Shown piece after piece: positions 45,139-53,947 of a stretch of 64,000 nt of DNA; position 1 is the stretch's first letter, and each line of letters begins with the position of its first letter. The position numbers and the translations under genes are program-made. The notes below the pieces were generated by a model that did no database searches, had not been told where the DNA came from, and saw only the letters and a program-made list of their open reading frames with translations. Origin of the DNA: Anaerolineales bacterium (GTDB lineage: Bacteria; Chloroflexota; Anaerolineae; Anaerolineales; RBG-16-64-43); assembly GCA_035288225.1 (NCBI GenBank), contig DATEAT010000007.1, positions 4,828 to 68,827 of the forward strand. Direction: 5' to 3'.

Positions 45139-47526
45139 ATGCTACGCCGACCTGTGCTCTTCACCCTGCTCGCTGCGTTTTGCCTGCTCGCCCTGCCATC
45201 TGCGGTTCACGCGGATGGCATCATCATCCCCGATCCTCCGCCGCCCGACTGTCTGCCCTTCATGACTCCTTCCGAGGCGATGCCGGCCTGGCCGACACCC
45301 GTCCGCATCACGATTTGCCCTCCCCGGCCGGAATTGGCCATCGTCTATCACCGGGTGACGGTCACCATCCAGGATCAGGTGGCCGTGACGCGCGTCGACC
45401 AGGCTTTTCGCAACGACAGCGGCATCACCGTGGAGGGAATGTACGTCTTCCCGCTCCCGCCGGAGTCCTCCGTGACCCGCTTCTCGTTGTGGGTCGGCGG
45501 CGAGAAGGTGGAGGGCAAGGTGTTGACGGCCGAAGAGGCGCGGGCCATCTATGAAGATATCGTCCGCCGCCAGCGCGACCCGGCGCTGCTCGAGTACATT
45601 GACCGCGGCGCGGTGCAGGCACGCATCTTCCCCATCGCCCCAGGCGAGACGCGCCAGATTCAACTCGAGTACACCCAGACTTTGCCGATGACGAGCGGCC
45701 TGGTGCACTACCGCTACCCGCTCAACACCGAGAAGTTTTCGTCGCAACCACTGGAGCAGGTGAGCATCACGGTAAGCGCACGCTCGACGCAGGCGCTGCG
45801 CGCCATCTACTCCCCGTCGCATCCCATCTCTGTCACCCGCGACGGCGAACACAACTTCCGCGCCGGGTACGAAGCCTCCGGCGTGCGGCCCGACACCGAC
45901 TTCGATCTGTATTACTCCACGGCCCAGAACGGCATCGGCCTTAACCTGATGACCTTTCACGACCCGGCTGGCGGCGAGGCGGATGGCTTCTTCCTCATGC
46001 TCGTCTCGCCCGGGTTGGACACCGGCGACTCGCAGGTTGCCAAAGACGTTATCTTCGTCCTCGACCGCTCGGGCAGCATGGACGGCGAGAAGTTCGATCA
46101 GGCGCAGCAGGCGGCGCAGTACGTGCTCGAGCATCTCAATTCGGAGGATCGCTTCGGCCTGATCGCCTTCAGCACGGGCATGGAACCTTTTGCCAGTGAA
46201 CTCGTGCCCGCCAGCCGGCGCAGCGAGGCGGAGCGGTGGATCGCCACACTCTCGGCGGAAGGCTCAACCGACATTCACCGCGCATTGCTCGAGGCGGCGG
46301 CCATGGTGCGCCCCGGACGACCAACCTACCTGATCTTCCTCACCGACGGGTTGCCGACGGAGGGGGTCATCGATCGCGAACAGATACTGCAGGCCTTTGC
46401 CTCGGCCGCCCCTTCGACGGTGCGTTTGTTTGCCTTCGGCGTAGGTTACGACGTGGACACGGTGCTGCTCGACAGCCTGGCCCAGGCGCACCATGGCGCG
46501 ACGACCTACGTCGCCCCGGGCGAGAGCCTCGAGGAGGCCGTCTCGGCGTTCTACGCGCGCATCACCAGCCCGGTGCTCACCGACCTGCAACTCGATTTCG
46601 GGCGGATCACGGCCTACGACTACTATCCGCAGGAGCTGCCCGATCTGTTTGGCGGAAGTCAGTTGGTGGTGGCCGGGCGCTACCGCGGCAACGGCAGCAG
46701 CACCATCACGCTCACCGGCCGGGTGAACAACGAATCGCGGTCGTTCAGCTACCCGGGGCAGACCTTCTCCGCGAGCGGGGGCTTGAGTGCACTCTCGCGC
46801 CTGTGGGCCACGCGCAAGATCGGCCATCTGCTCAACGAGATCCGGCTGCACGGCGCGGAGCGCGAAATGGTGGATGCGGTGGTGGCACTCAGCGTGCGTT
46901 ACGGCATCGTCACACCCTACACCTCCTACTTGGTGACCGAGCCGGAGGCCTTGAGCGCCGACAGCCGGCAACAGATCACCGATCAGGCGCTGCGCGAGCT
47001 TCAGGCGATGCCCACCCAGGTGGCGGGGGCACCGGCGGTGCAGAAGGCACAGGAACAATCCCAGTTGGCCGGCGCGCAGAGTGTACCCGCCCCGAGCCTG
47101 CCCGAAGCGCAGGATGTGGTGCGCAACGCGGGCTCGCACAGCTTCCTGCTGCGTGGCGAGGTGTGGATCGACACCACCTTCGATGCAGGACGCATGCAGG
47201 CTGCACCCATCGCGTTCGGTTCGGCCGACTACTTCAAGCTGGCCGGGGTCTCGCCCGAGGTGGGCGCGGCGCTGGCTCTCGGCCCGCGGGTGATCGTCGT
47301 CTGGCAGGGCGCCGCGTACGAGATCGTGGCCGAGGGCGAACCCGTGGCGGCAGTGGACGTGCCGGAGCCGATCGAGCCCGGACCGATCGACCCCTCGAAC
47401 CCGCCGCTGCTGCCCGACCCGGCTCAACCCGTGTCCGCTGCTCCGCTGTCATTGCCGTGTGCCTCGGCGTTGCTGCCGTTGGGGATGGTTGTGGCGCTTG
47501 GTATGGCCAATTCGCGAAAGAGGTAG
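45139..47526 (+). CDS. Secreted VIT + von Willebrand factor A domain protein with C-terminal hydrophobic anchor
   Basis: Signal peptide. VIT pattern (VTVTIQDQVAVTRVDQAFRN..YVFPLP..F.LWVGGEKVEGKV). MIDAS VLDRSGSMDG. C-terminal LLPLGMVVALGMANSRKR. Confidence 0.75.
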   Translation: MLRRPVLFTLLAAFCLLALPSAVHADGIIIPDPPPPDCLPFMTPSEAMPAWPTPVRITICPPRPELAIVYHRVTVTIQDQVAVTRVDQAFRNDSGITVEGMYVFPLPPESSVTRFSLWVGGEKVEGKVLTAEEARAIYEDIVRRQRDPALLEYIDRGAVQARIFPIAPGETRQIQLEYTQTLPMTSGLVHYRYPLNTEKFSSQPLEQVSITVSARSTQALRAIYSPSHPISVTRDGEHNFRAGYEASGVRPDTDFDLYYSTAQNGIGLNLMTFHDPAGGEADGFFLMLVSPGLDTGDSQVAKDVIFVLDRSGSMDGEKFDQAQQAAQYVLEHLNSEDRFGLIAFSTGMEPFASELVPASRRSEAERWIATLSAEGSTDIHRALLEAAAMVRPGRPTYLIFLTDGLPTEGVIDREQILQAFASAAPSTVRLFAFGVGYDVDTVLLDSLAQAHHGATTYVAPGESLEEAVSAFYARITSPVLTDLQLDFGRITAYDYYPQELPDLFGGSQLVVAGRYRGNGSSTITLTGRVNNESRSFSYPGQTFSASGGLSALSRLWATRKIGHLLNEIRLHGAEREMVDAVVALSVRYGIVTPYTSYLVTEPEALSADSRQQITDQALRELQAMPTQVAGAPAVQKAQEQSQLAGAQSVPAPSLPEAQDVVRNAGSHSFLLRGEVWIDTTFDAGRMQAAPIAFGSADYFKLAGVSPEVGAALALGPRVIVVWQGAAYEIVAEGEPVAAVDVPEPIEPGPIDPSNPPLLPDPAQPVSAAPLSLPCASALLPLGMVVALGMANSRKR

Positions 47527-47536
47527 AGCCATCACC

Positions 47537-47563
47537 ACGGAGTCCACAGAGAACACAGAGCAC
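47537..47563. repeat. 3 x 9-bp tandem repeat (ACGGAGTCC ACAGAGAAC ACAGAGCAC)
   Basis: Read directly. A related triplet lies at 48328-48354 on the other side of the GNAT gene, in the same orientation. Confidence 0.55.
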
Positions 47564-47588
47564 ATCTGTGGAAACCCCTTATCTCCAG

Positions 47589-47626
47589 AAAGGCCTTGGC
47601 CCTGCACATGCAGGGCCAAGGCCTTT
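47589..47626. terminator. 17-bp perfect hairpin (AAAGGCCTTGGCCCTGC acat GCAGGGCCAAGGCCTTT)
   Basis: Read directly, 63 nt downstream of the VWA gene stop. The A-run/T-run flanks allow function in both directions. Confidence 0.6.
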
Positions 47627-47721
47627 AGACTGGGGTGATTGACATGGCTTGCGTCGGATTGTAGAGTTGACGCACTGGCCAGCCGCCATCGCGCACAGCT
47701 CATGGCCGGCAAGGAGGCACA

Positions 47722-48309
47722 ATGAGCGCCCCACGCAAACAACTGGGAACGCTGACCTTTCGCCCGGTTACCCCATCGCGCTGGAAGGATTTGGAGACCT
47801 TGTTCGGCACGCATGGCGCCTGCGCTGGATGCTGGTGCATGTGGTGGCGCCTGCCGCGCGCTGAGTTCAACGCTAAGCGTGGCGCGGGGACCAAACGCGG
47901 TCTCAAGCGATTGGTGAGCGAGGGCAAGGTCCCCGGCGTTCTGGCCTACGTGGAGGGCGTGCCCGCCGCCTGGTGCAGCATCGCTCCGCGCCGCCAGTTC
48001 CCCGGGCTCGAGCGATCGCGCATCCTCGCGCCGGTGGATAGCACGCCGGTGTGGTCCGTGGTGTGCTTCTTCGTCGCGCGCCCCTTTCGCCGCCAGGGGC
48101 TGACCGCCAAAGTGCTTGCGGCCTCCACCGAGTACGCGCACCGCCGGGGCGCACGCATCGTCGAGGGTTACCCGGTGGATATGCGCGGCAAGGTTTCCCC
48201 GGACCCGTGGGTCTATACCGGCCTGCTCTCCGCGTTCGTCCAAGCCGGGTTTGTGGAGGTGGCGCGCCGCTCGCCCACCCGGCCCATCATGAGGCACACC
48301 GCCACGTAA
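47722..48309 (+). CDS. GNAT-family N-acetyltransferase
   Basis: FVARPFRRQGLTAKVLAAS (acetyl-CoA loop Q/RxxGxG/A-like) and CAGCWCMWWR near the N-terminus. Confidence 0.65.
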   Translation: MSAPRKQLGTLTFRPVTPSRWKDLETLFGTHGACAGCWCMWWRLPRAEFNAKRGAGTKRGLKRLVSEGKVPGVLAYVEGVPAAWCSIAPRRQFPGLERSRILAPVDSTPVWSVVCFFVARPFRRQGLTAKVLAASTEYAHRRGARIVEGYPVDMRGKVSPDPWVYTGLLSAFVQAGFVEVARRSPTRPIMRHTAT

Positions 48310-48327
48310 AGCCCAAGAGCTCTCACC

Positions 48328-48354
48328 GCCGAGAACGCAGAGACCGCAGAGAAT
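48328..48354. repeat. 3 x 9-bp tandem repeat (GCCGAGAAC GCAGAGACC GCAGAGAAT)
   Basis: Same RCNGAGNNC periodicity and orientation as 47537-47563. Confidence 0.55.
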
Positions 48355-48608
48355 CTTGAGGCTGGGTGCTCCATGCAGCGGTGGCGGCACGGCCATCGAT
48401 CCCGAACCTCGTGAGTTCGAGGCGGCGGTTTGGGATTTTATGCGCGCCGGAGTCTGTCCGCGGGGGAAATGCGTGCGCGCGCCGGGCTAGCGCGGGGCGA
48501 GTGTTTGCCGGGCGCACCGATTCGTGATGCATGGGAGGGAGGGTAGCGCCCGCATCACGAGGGCCGCGCCCCCCTCTCCCAAGGTCTGGTCGTTCTGGCC
48601 GAACTCAC

Positions 48609-50183
48609 TCAGTCAATAAACGGCGAGTAGCACTCCCGTTTCTGGCCGTTGACCTCGACGGAATACAGTCCTTTGCGCTCGGACACGCGGTATGGCGTGA
48701 GCGCCTGCGCCTCCGATTGCATCAGTCGCTGGGCTCGCCAGGTCGCGACCGTGAATGATGGCCAGGGCCGCACGCGTTGATCACGGGCATCGAATGCAGC
48801 CCGGCAAGCGAGAACTCCGCCGACCTCCGCCTGCACCCAACCCGATAGGCTGCGGTGCAGAGAAACAAGCGCGGGAACAGAATCCTCCGAGAGGCTGGCC
48901 AGATAGCCTGTATCGAGCTTCTGCCCGGCCAGCGCGCGTGCGACGTTCTGGCGAACGATGAATCCATCCACGTTGAGCGCCGCCAGCGAGAGGGCAAAGC
49001 CCAACGAGGCCACGAGGGTCACCATGGCAAACATCCTCAGTCGCTGCATGAGGTCGAGCGCCAGCAGCGCGATCAACCACCCCCCAAGCCAGAAGATGAA
49101 GACGTGGGTGTACGTGCGCAGGCGCGAGAAACCGTAAGCCGTTTCGTAAAGCTGCAGGCGCAAGTATGCCGAAACCAGGATGGCGATGACCAGCAGCACC
49201 AGCCCGGCGCCGAAAGCCGAGAACAAGCGCTGCTCGCGCCGCTCGCCGCGCCGCGTGAGGCTGGTCAGGCCGAGGAACAGGAGCTGGCTGAGCACCGCCA
49301 CCGCCACGAGCTCGCCAAAGCCACGCCGCGCATACTCCGAGTAGGTGAATCCCTCCACTGTGATGTTGGCCTGGCCGCCGAATAGGTAGCGGAACTGAAT
49401 CGCAACGAAAGCCGCGAAGAGCAAGTCGACGCTGGCGAGAATAATGCCGGCCTCGGTGAAACCGAGGAAGCGCGGCAGCCACGGCTTCTCGAGCCCGATC
49501 AGTTTGTGCTCGCGGCTCGAGAAGAGAGCGTAGGCGAACACGCCGACGAGCAGGAAGGTGCCGACCAGGATGTAGGCCAGGCGGAAGATGTACTCGGGCA
49601 GGTTCTCGATGCGTAGGAATTTGAGCACCTGTTCCAGCCGGTTCGAAAACACCGGGTCCGCCGATGCCAAGAGAGCCGCGAACACGGCCAGGATAGGCAG
49701 CGCGAGCAACACACCTCGCACCACGGCCCAGCCGCGCGGCGCACCGCGGCGAGGCTCGCCCGCGCTCACCGGCTGGGCCGGGCCTGCCTGCCAAAAGCGA
49801 ATCGGCCCGGCCAGCGTGTCGAGTGCAAGGCGCACGGCCCCCACCACGTAGTCGCTGACGCTGAAGCGCCACCAGGATCCGGCGATGAAAGAGTAAGCCA
49901 GCACGGCCATCAACCCTACGCAGGTGGCCGTGCTCAGGAAGAGGGTCATCGACTCGGCTCTTAGGAAGGTCAGCGAGGTAAAGACCAGGATCAGCGCGAG
50001 CAGCACCAGGTTGACGGGCGCCATGCGCACCCGCTCGCGCCACGCCAGGAACAATCCACCGCCCAGGCAGAGCAGGACAAAGACAGCGAACGAAACGCCT
50101 GGGGCCTTCTTCCAGAAGAGCAGGTCGAAAGACCAGGCCACGACCAGAGCGGTGATCCAAAAGCGGTTGGGCGATGTGCTCAT
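48609..50183 (-). CDS. Polytopic membrane protein (DUF4153/DUF4173-like)
   Basis: About 10-12 predicted TM helices. N-terminus FWITALVVAWSFDLLFWKKAPG. ATG follows GAGGAGG. Confidence 0.45.
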   Translation of the reverse strand: MSTSPNRFWITALVVAWSFDLLFWKKAPGVSFAVFVLLCLGGGLFLAWRERVRMAPVNLVLLALILVFTSLTFLRAESMTLFLSTATCVGLMAVLAYSFIAGSWWRFSVSDYVVGAVRLALDTLAGPIRFWQAGPAQPVSAGEPRRGAPRGWAVVRGVLLALPILAVFAALLASADPVFSNRLEQVLKFLRIENLPEYIFRLAYILVGTFLLVGVFAYALFSSREHKLIGLEKPWLPRFLGFTEAGIILASVDLLFAAFVAIQFRYLFGGQANITVEGFTYSEYARRGFGELVAVAVLSQLLFLGLTSLTRRGERREQRLFSAFGAGLVLLVIAILVSAYLRLQLYETAYGFSRLRTYTHVFIFWLGGWLIALLALDLMQRLRMFAMVTLVASLGFALSLAALNVDGFIVRQNVARALAGQKLDTGYLASLSEDSVPALVSLHRSLSGWVQAEVGGVLACRAAFDARDQRVRPWPSFTVATWRAQRLMQSEAQALTPYRVSERKGLYSVEVNGQKRECYSPFID

Positions 50184-50439
50184 CCGAGCCTCCTCGACAA
50201 TGGGGCACCGTGCCGACAGGCACGGCGGCGCGCACGCCCCCGATCCCGGGCGTGCTAGATCATTCTAGGGCAGCCCCAGCTCCCAAGCCAGCCCTCGGCG
50301 CACACGGTTGGAGCACCCAAGTGCTTGACGAGGGTCCCGGCCGGGGGCATCGTGTAAAATCCAGGCATCCCGCGACAATCGCTGGCGAATTGCACACCCC
50401 CCGGCCAGTGTGAGTGCTCCTTGGGCCGGCGGAGGCCGC

Positions 50440-51183
50440 ATGGAAAACCTGCTGCTCGTTGAAGACAGCCCCAACCTGCGCTCGGCGCTGCGTGAGGGGC
50501 TGGAACAAACCGGCGAAGTGCACGTCGTCCACGACGGGCCCAGCGGCGAAGAGGCACTCGAGTACTGTTTGAGCCACGAGCCGCCCTCGGCCGTGCTCAT
50601 GGACGTGCAACTGGCCGGCCCCATGAACGGCATCGAAGCCGCGGTTTCGTTGCGGCGCGAGTTTCCCCGCCTGCCGGTTGTCTTCTATTCCATTCAGGAC
50701 GACGAGACCTACTATCGCGCCTTCCGCACCGCCGGCATCCTCAGCCACTATGCCTATGTGCGCAAGTCGAACTACCTCCTGCCGGCGATGATCGTTCCTC
50801 TTCTGCGCGATGCGATCGCCGGCCGAAGCTTCATCGACCCGGAGATCGAGAGCCGGGTGGAAGAGGTTCGCCACAAGGATGCGAACTCGCCGATGGCGCT
50901 GCTCGAACCGACCGAACAGGTGGTGGCGCGCATGCTGGCCGAGGGGCTGAGCAACGAGCAGATTGCGGCGCGGTTGGGCTTCCGGGATAAGCGCACCATT
51001 AGCCGCATGAACGGGCAGATCTACGCCGCCTGGGGGCTCAGCCAGACGCCCGTCGATGAGAAGGTGGCCCGCACACGCGCCGCGCTCATTGTGCGCGAGG
51101 GGCGGCTGCTCACCTGGGATGAGGACGGCACGCCTCGCGCGATGGATGCACAGGGACGATGGGTGATGCACAAATCCTCATGA
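50440..51183 (+). CDS. Response regulator, receiver + LuxR/GerE-type HTH, with about 45-aa C-terminal extension
   Basis: LLVEDSP..VLMDVQLAG (phospho-acceptor Asp) and LAEGLSNEQIAARLGFRDKRTISRM. ATG 50440 follows GGAGG. Confidence 0.75.
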   Translation: MENLLLVEDSPNLRSALREGLEQTGEVHVVHDGPSGEEALEYCLSHEPPSAVLMDVQLAGPMNGIEAAVSLRREFPRLPVVFYSIQDDETYYRAFRTAGILSHYAYVRKSNYLLPAMIVPLLRDAIAGRSFIDPEIESRVEEVRHKDANSPMALLEPTEQVVARMLAEGLSNEQIAARLGFRDKRTISRMNGQIYAAWGLSQTPVDEKVARTRAALIVREGRLLTWDEDGTPRAMDAQGRWVMHKSS

Positions 51184-53321
51184 GCGGCAACTGGCTCCTC
51201 GACGGAGCGATACTCTCCATCTCGCTCTTCAACACCATCACGCTTCTGTGGCTGGCGTTCACCGTGCTGCTCAATGCGCAGCGCCGCACCTGGGGCGTGT
51301 GGCTGATCGGCCTGGGCCTGGCAGCCGGCGCGTTCTTCTTCGTGAGCCACGGGGTCATCGCCAGCCGCGGGCTGGAAGGCGATCTGGCCGCGCGTGATAC
51401 GTGGTGGCATCTGGGCTGGGCGCCGGTGGCCGTCGCCCCCCTCTCGTGGTACGTCGCCATGCTGTGGTACTCCGGCTTGTGGGAGAAGCCCGCCGAGGCC
51501 CTGGCCGCCTGGCGTGGGTTGCGCCGCTGGCACAGCCTCGGCCTGCTGCTGGCGGGTGTGGGCTGCGCCCTTGTCCTGGTGCTGCTCGTGCGCTCCAACC
51601 CGCTGCCCAACTACGCCGGGCTGAGCCAAGTGCATCTCTTGCCCGCGCTCTCACTGGCCGGCGTGCCGCTCCTGGTATGGACCTACGCCGCCTACATGGC
51701 CGCCTGCATTCTGCTTGCCCTGGATGCGCTGCGCCGGCCGGGGCCCACCCGGCGCGTGATGGGCCAGCAGGCACGCCACCGCGCACGACCATGGCTGGTG
51801 GCCACCTCGCTCACGCTGCTCTCGGTGAGCCTGCTGGTCACCTGGGCCATGCTCGCCATCGTGCGCCACGTCGAAACGCCCGGCGGCCCGCCCGAGGGGC
51901 TGGCCCTGCTCGTTGCTCGCTTCGACCTGGGCATAGCCTTTCTGCTCGGCTACGCTGTGACGCTGCTCGGCCAGGCCATCACCTCTTACGAAGTGTTCAC
52001 CGGCAAAGCCCTGCCGCGCAACGTCATGCGCCGTCAGTGGTACCTCTTGCTCATGATGGGCGCCGTGTTTGCGCTCACGCTGGGTTTTGCCGTCGCCTTA
52101 AGGTTGCCTTCCATCTACACAGCTCTCGCCGGGGCCGCGCTCGCGGTGGTTTTGTACGCGCTGCTCACCTGGCGCACCTTCGTCGAGCGCGAGGCACTCA
52201 TCCACCGCCTGCGTCCTTTCCTCTCCAGCCCGCGGGTTATCGAGCGCCTGCTGCATGAGGGCGCCGCCGGCTCGGCACAGCGCGAACTGGCCGAACCATT
52301 CCGCGCGCTGTGCCAGGAAGTGCTCGACACGCGGCAAGCCTATCTCTTCGCCGCCGGGCCGTTGGCAAACTTCGCCGGCGAGATGTTCACCTTTCCGCCG
52401 GCCGCCACAGCATTGCCGGCCGGCACCACACGCCAACTCGAAGCGCAGGCGGCTGCGTTGGGGTCGAGCGCGCTATACCTGCCGCTCGACCCGTTGCGTG
52501 CCTCCGGTTGCGAGTGGGCCATCCCTTTGTGGAGCGAGGGCGGCCTGGCCGGGCTGCTGGTGCTGGGGGCGAGGACGAATGGCGCACCCTACACGCAGGA
52601 GGAATTCGAGGCGGCGCGCGCGGCGGCCGAGCGCCTGCTCGACACGCGGGCCACGGCCACGATGGCCGAGCGCCTGATGGCCCTGCAACGTGAACGCCTT
52701 GCGGAAGTGCAGGTGATCGATCAGCGCACGCGCCAGGCACTCCACGACGACGTCTTGCCGGAGTTGCACACCGCCATCCTGTTGCTCAGCGCACCCGCGG
52801 CCGCCTCGCCGGCCTCGGCCGAGGTGGTGCGGCTTCTGGGTGATACTCACCGCCGCCTGTCGCAAGTCATCCGCGAGATTCCCGTGTCGAGCATGGTGGA
52901 AGTGCGCCGCCTAGGGCTGTTCGGCGCGCTGCGCAGAGCGGCCGAGCTCGAACTGGGCGATTCATTTGCCGGGATTGAATGGGCCATCAGCAGGGAGGCC
53001 GAAGCGCGCAGCCGTGAGCTGGCGCCGGTGGTGACCGAGGTGCTCTTCCTGGCGGCGCGCGAGGCCATGCGTAACGCGGCCCATCACGGTCGCGGCCGCG
53101 ATGCCGTGCGCCCGCTCACCCTGCGTATGGCCGCCGAAGCAGGGCCAGGCCTGACTTTGAGCGTTGCCGATGACGGCGTGGGGCTGGAGGGCGCAGCGCA
53201 TCCCCCCGACGCGGGCCATGGGTTGGCGCTGCACTCAACCCTTATGGCCATCGTCGGCGGAACGCTCGACGTTGACTCCTCCGCGGCCGGCACGTCCGTA
53301 CGGTTGCACCTTCCCCGCTGA
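51180..53321 (+). CDS. Sensor histidine kinase (polytopic N-terminus, GAF-like, HisKA_3, HATPase_c)
   Basis: ATGA overlap with the regulator. ALHDDVLPELHTAIL (HisKA_3 His), REAMRNAAHHG and VADDGVGL. Confidence 0.75.
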   Translation: MSGNWLLDGAILSISLFNTITLLWLAFTVLLNAQRRTWGVWLIGLGLAAGAFFFVSHGVIASRGLEGDLAARDTWWHLGWAPVAVAPLSWYVAMLWYSGLWEKPAEALAAWRGLRRWHSLGLLLAGVGCALVLVLLVRSNPLPNYAGLSQVHLLPALSLAGVPLLVWTYAAYMAACILLALDALRRPGPTRRVMGQQARHRARPWLVATSLTLLSVSLLVTWAMLAIVRHVETPGGPPEGLALLVARFDLGIAFLLGYAVTLLGQAITSYEVFTGKALPRNVMRRQWYLLLMMGAVFALTLGFAVALRLPSIYTALAGAALAVVLYALLTWRTFVEREALIHRLRPFLSSPRVIERLLHEGAAGSAQRELAEPFRALCQEVLDTRQAYLFAAGPLANFAGEMFTFPPAATALPAGTTRQLEAQAAALGSSALYLPLDPLRASGCEWAIPLWSEGGLAGLLVLGARTNGAPYTQEEFEAARAAAERLLDTRATATMAERLMALQRERLAEVQVIDQRTRQALHDDVLPELHTAILLLSAPAAASPASAEVVRLLGDTHRRLSQVIREIPVSSMVEVRRLGLFGALRRAAELELGDSFAGIEWAISREAEARSRELAPVVTEVLFLAAREAMRNAAHHGRGRDAVRPLTLRMAAEAGPGLTLSVADDGVGLEGAAHPPDAGHGLALHSTLMAIVGGTLDVDSSAAGTSVRLHLPR

Positions 53322-53386
53322 AGCGCAGCCCGCCCGTTTCGTGCGCCGCTTTTCACTGCCCCGACGCGCGCTTCCGATGAGGGCAC

Positions 53387-53395
53387 TGCTATAAT
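53387..53395 (+). promoter_or_regulatory. Extended -10 promoter element TGCTATAAT, 6 nt upstream of the ATG (leaderless or near-leaderless transcript)
   Basis: TGnTATAAT read directly. The ATG is at 53402 and no Shine-Dalgarno sequence fits in between. Confidence 0.45.
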
Positions 53396-53401
53396 CACGG
53401 C

Positions 53402-53947
53402 ATGAGCCAGCCCACGCCTTCCACCTCACCCGGCGGCACCCCGGCTTATCGTGATCTGCTGACAAGCTCGTTGTTGATGGGTCTGGGGGGCTGGGCGCTC
53501 ATTGCCGCGCTCGTCTTTCTCGTCTCGCCCACCCTCGGCCCGCGCTGGGCGTTCTTCTTCGCACTCTTCATCGCCCTGGTGGGCACCTCCACTCCGCTGC
53601 TGTGGTACCTCAATCGCCGTTTCTCGCCCGATCCATTCCCAAGCCCAGGCGTGCTATGGCGCGAGGCCGTGGAAGTCGGCGTCTGGGGGTTGTTCCTTGT
53701 TTGGCTGCGCGTCGGGCGCCTGCTCACCCCCTTTGCCGCATGGACGCTGACTGGCGCTGTCTTCGCCGTGGAGCTCCTGCTGCGGCTGTACGAGCGCAGC
53801 CGATGGGCGCCATCGACCTCCGTGCGTTCGCCCGCGGCCCCTGTGGAGGCAACGCCCCCGGCCGAGGCAGCCGAGCCGCCGACGGCATCGCTCGTCACGC
53901 CTCCTTTCATCGATGATGAGTTGGATTCGGACGATCCGCCCGCATGA
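53402..53947 (+). CDS. Membrane protein (4 TM helices, acidic Pro/Ala-rich tail), unknown function; translationally coupled to selA
   Basis: Hydrophobic profile of the ORF. The stop overlaps the selA start (ATGA at 53944). Confidence 0.5.
   Translation: MSQPTPSTSPGGTPAYRDLLTSSLLMGLGGWALIAALVFLVSPTLGPRWAFFFALFIALVGTSTPLLWYLNRRFSPDPFPSPGVLWREAVEVGVWGLFLVWLRVGRLLTPFAAWTLTGAVFAVELLLRLYERSRWAPSTSVRSPAAPVEATPPAEAAEPPTASLVTPPFIDDELDSDDPPA

Noticed and set aside
45139-47526. The VIT-VWA protein as a canonical LPXTG substrate of the sortase at 6776-7663.
   Set aside because: No LPXTG or LAXTG motif precedes the C-terminal helix, and the genes are 38 kb apart. I kept it only as a low-confidence non-canonical sorting-signal idea.
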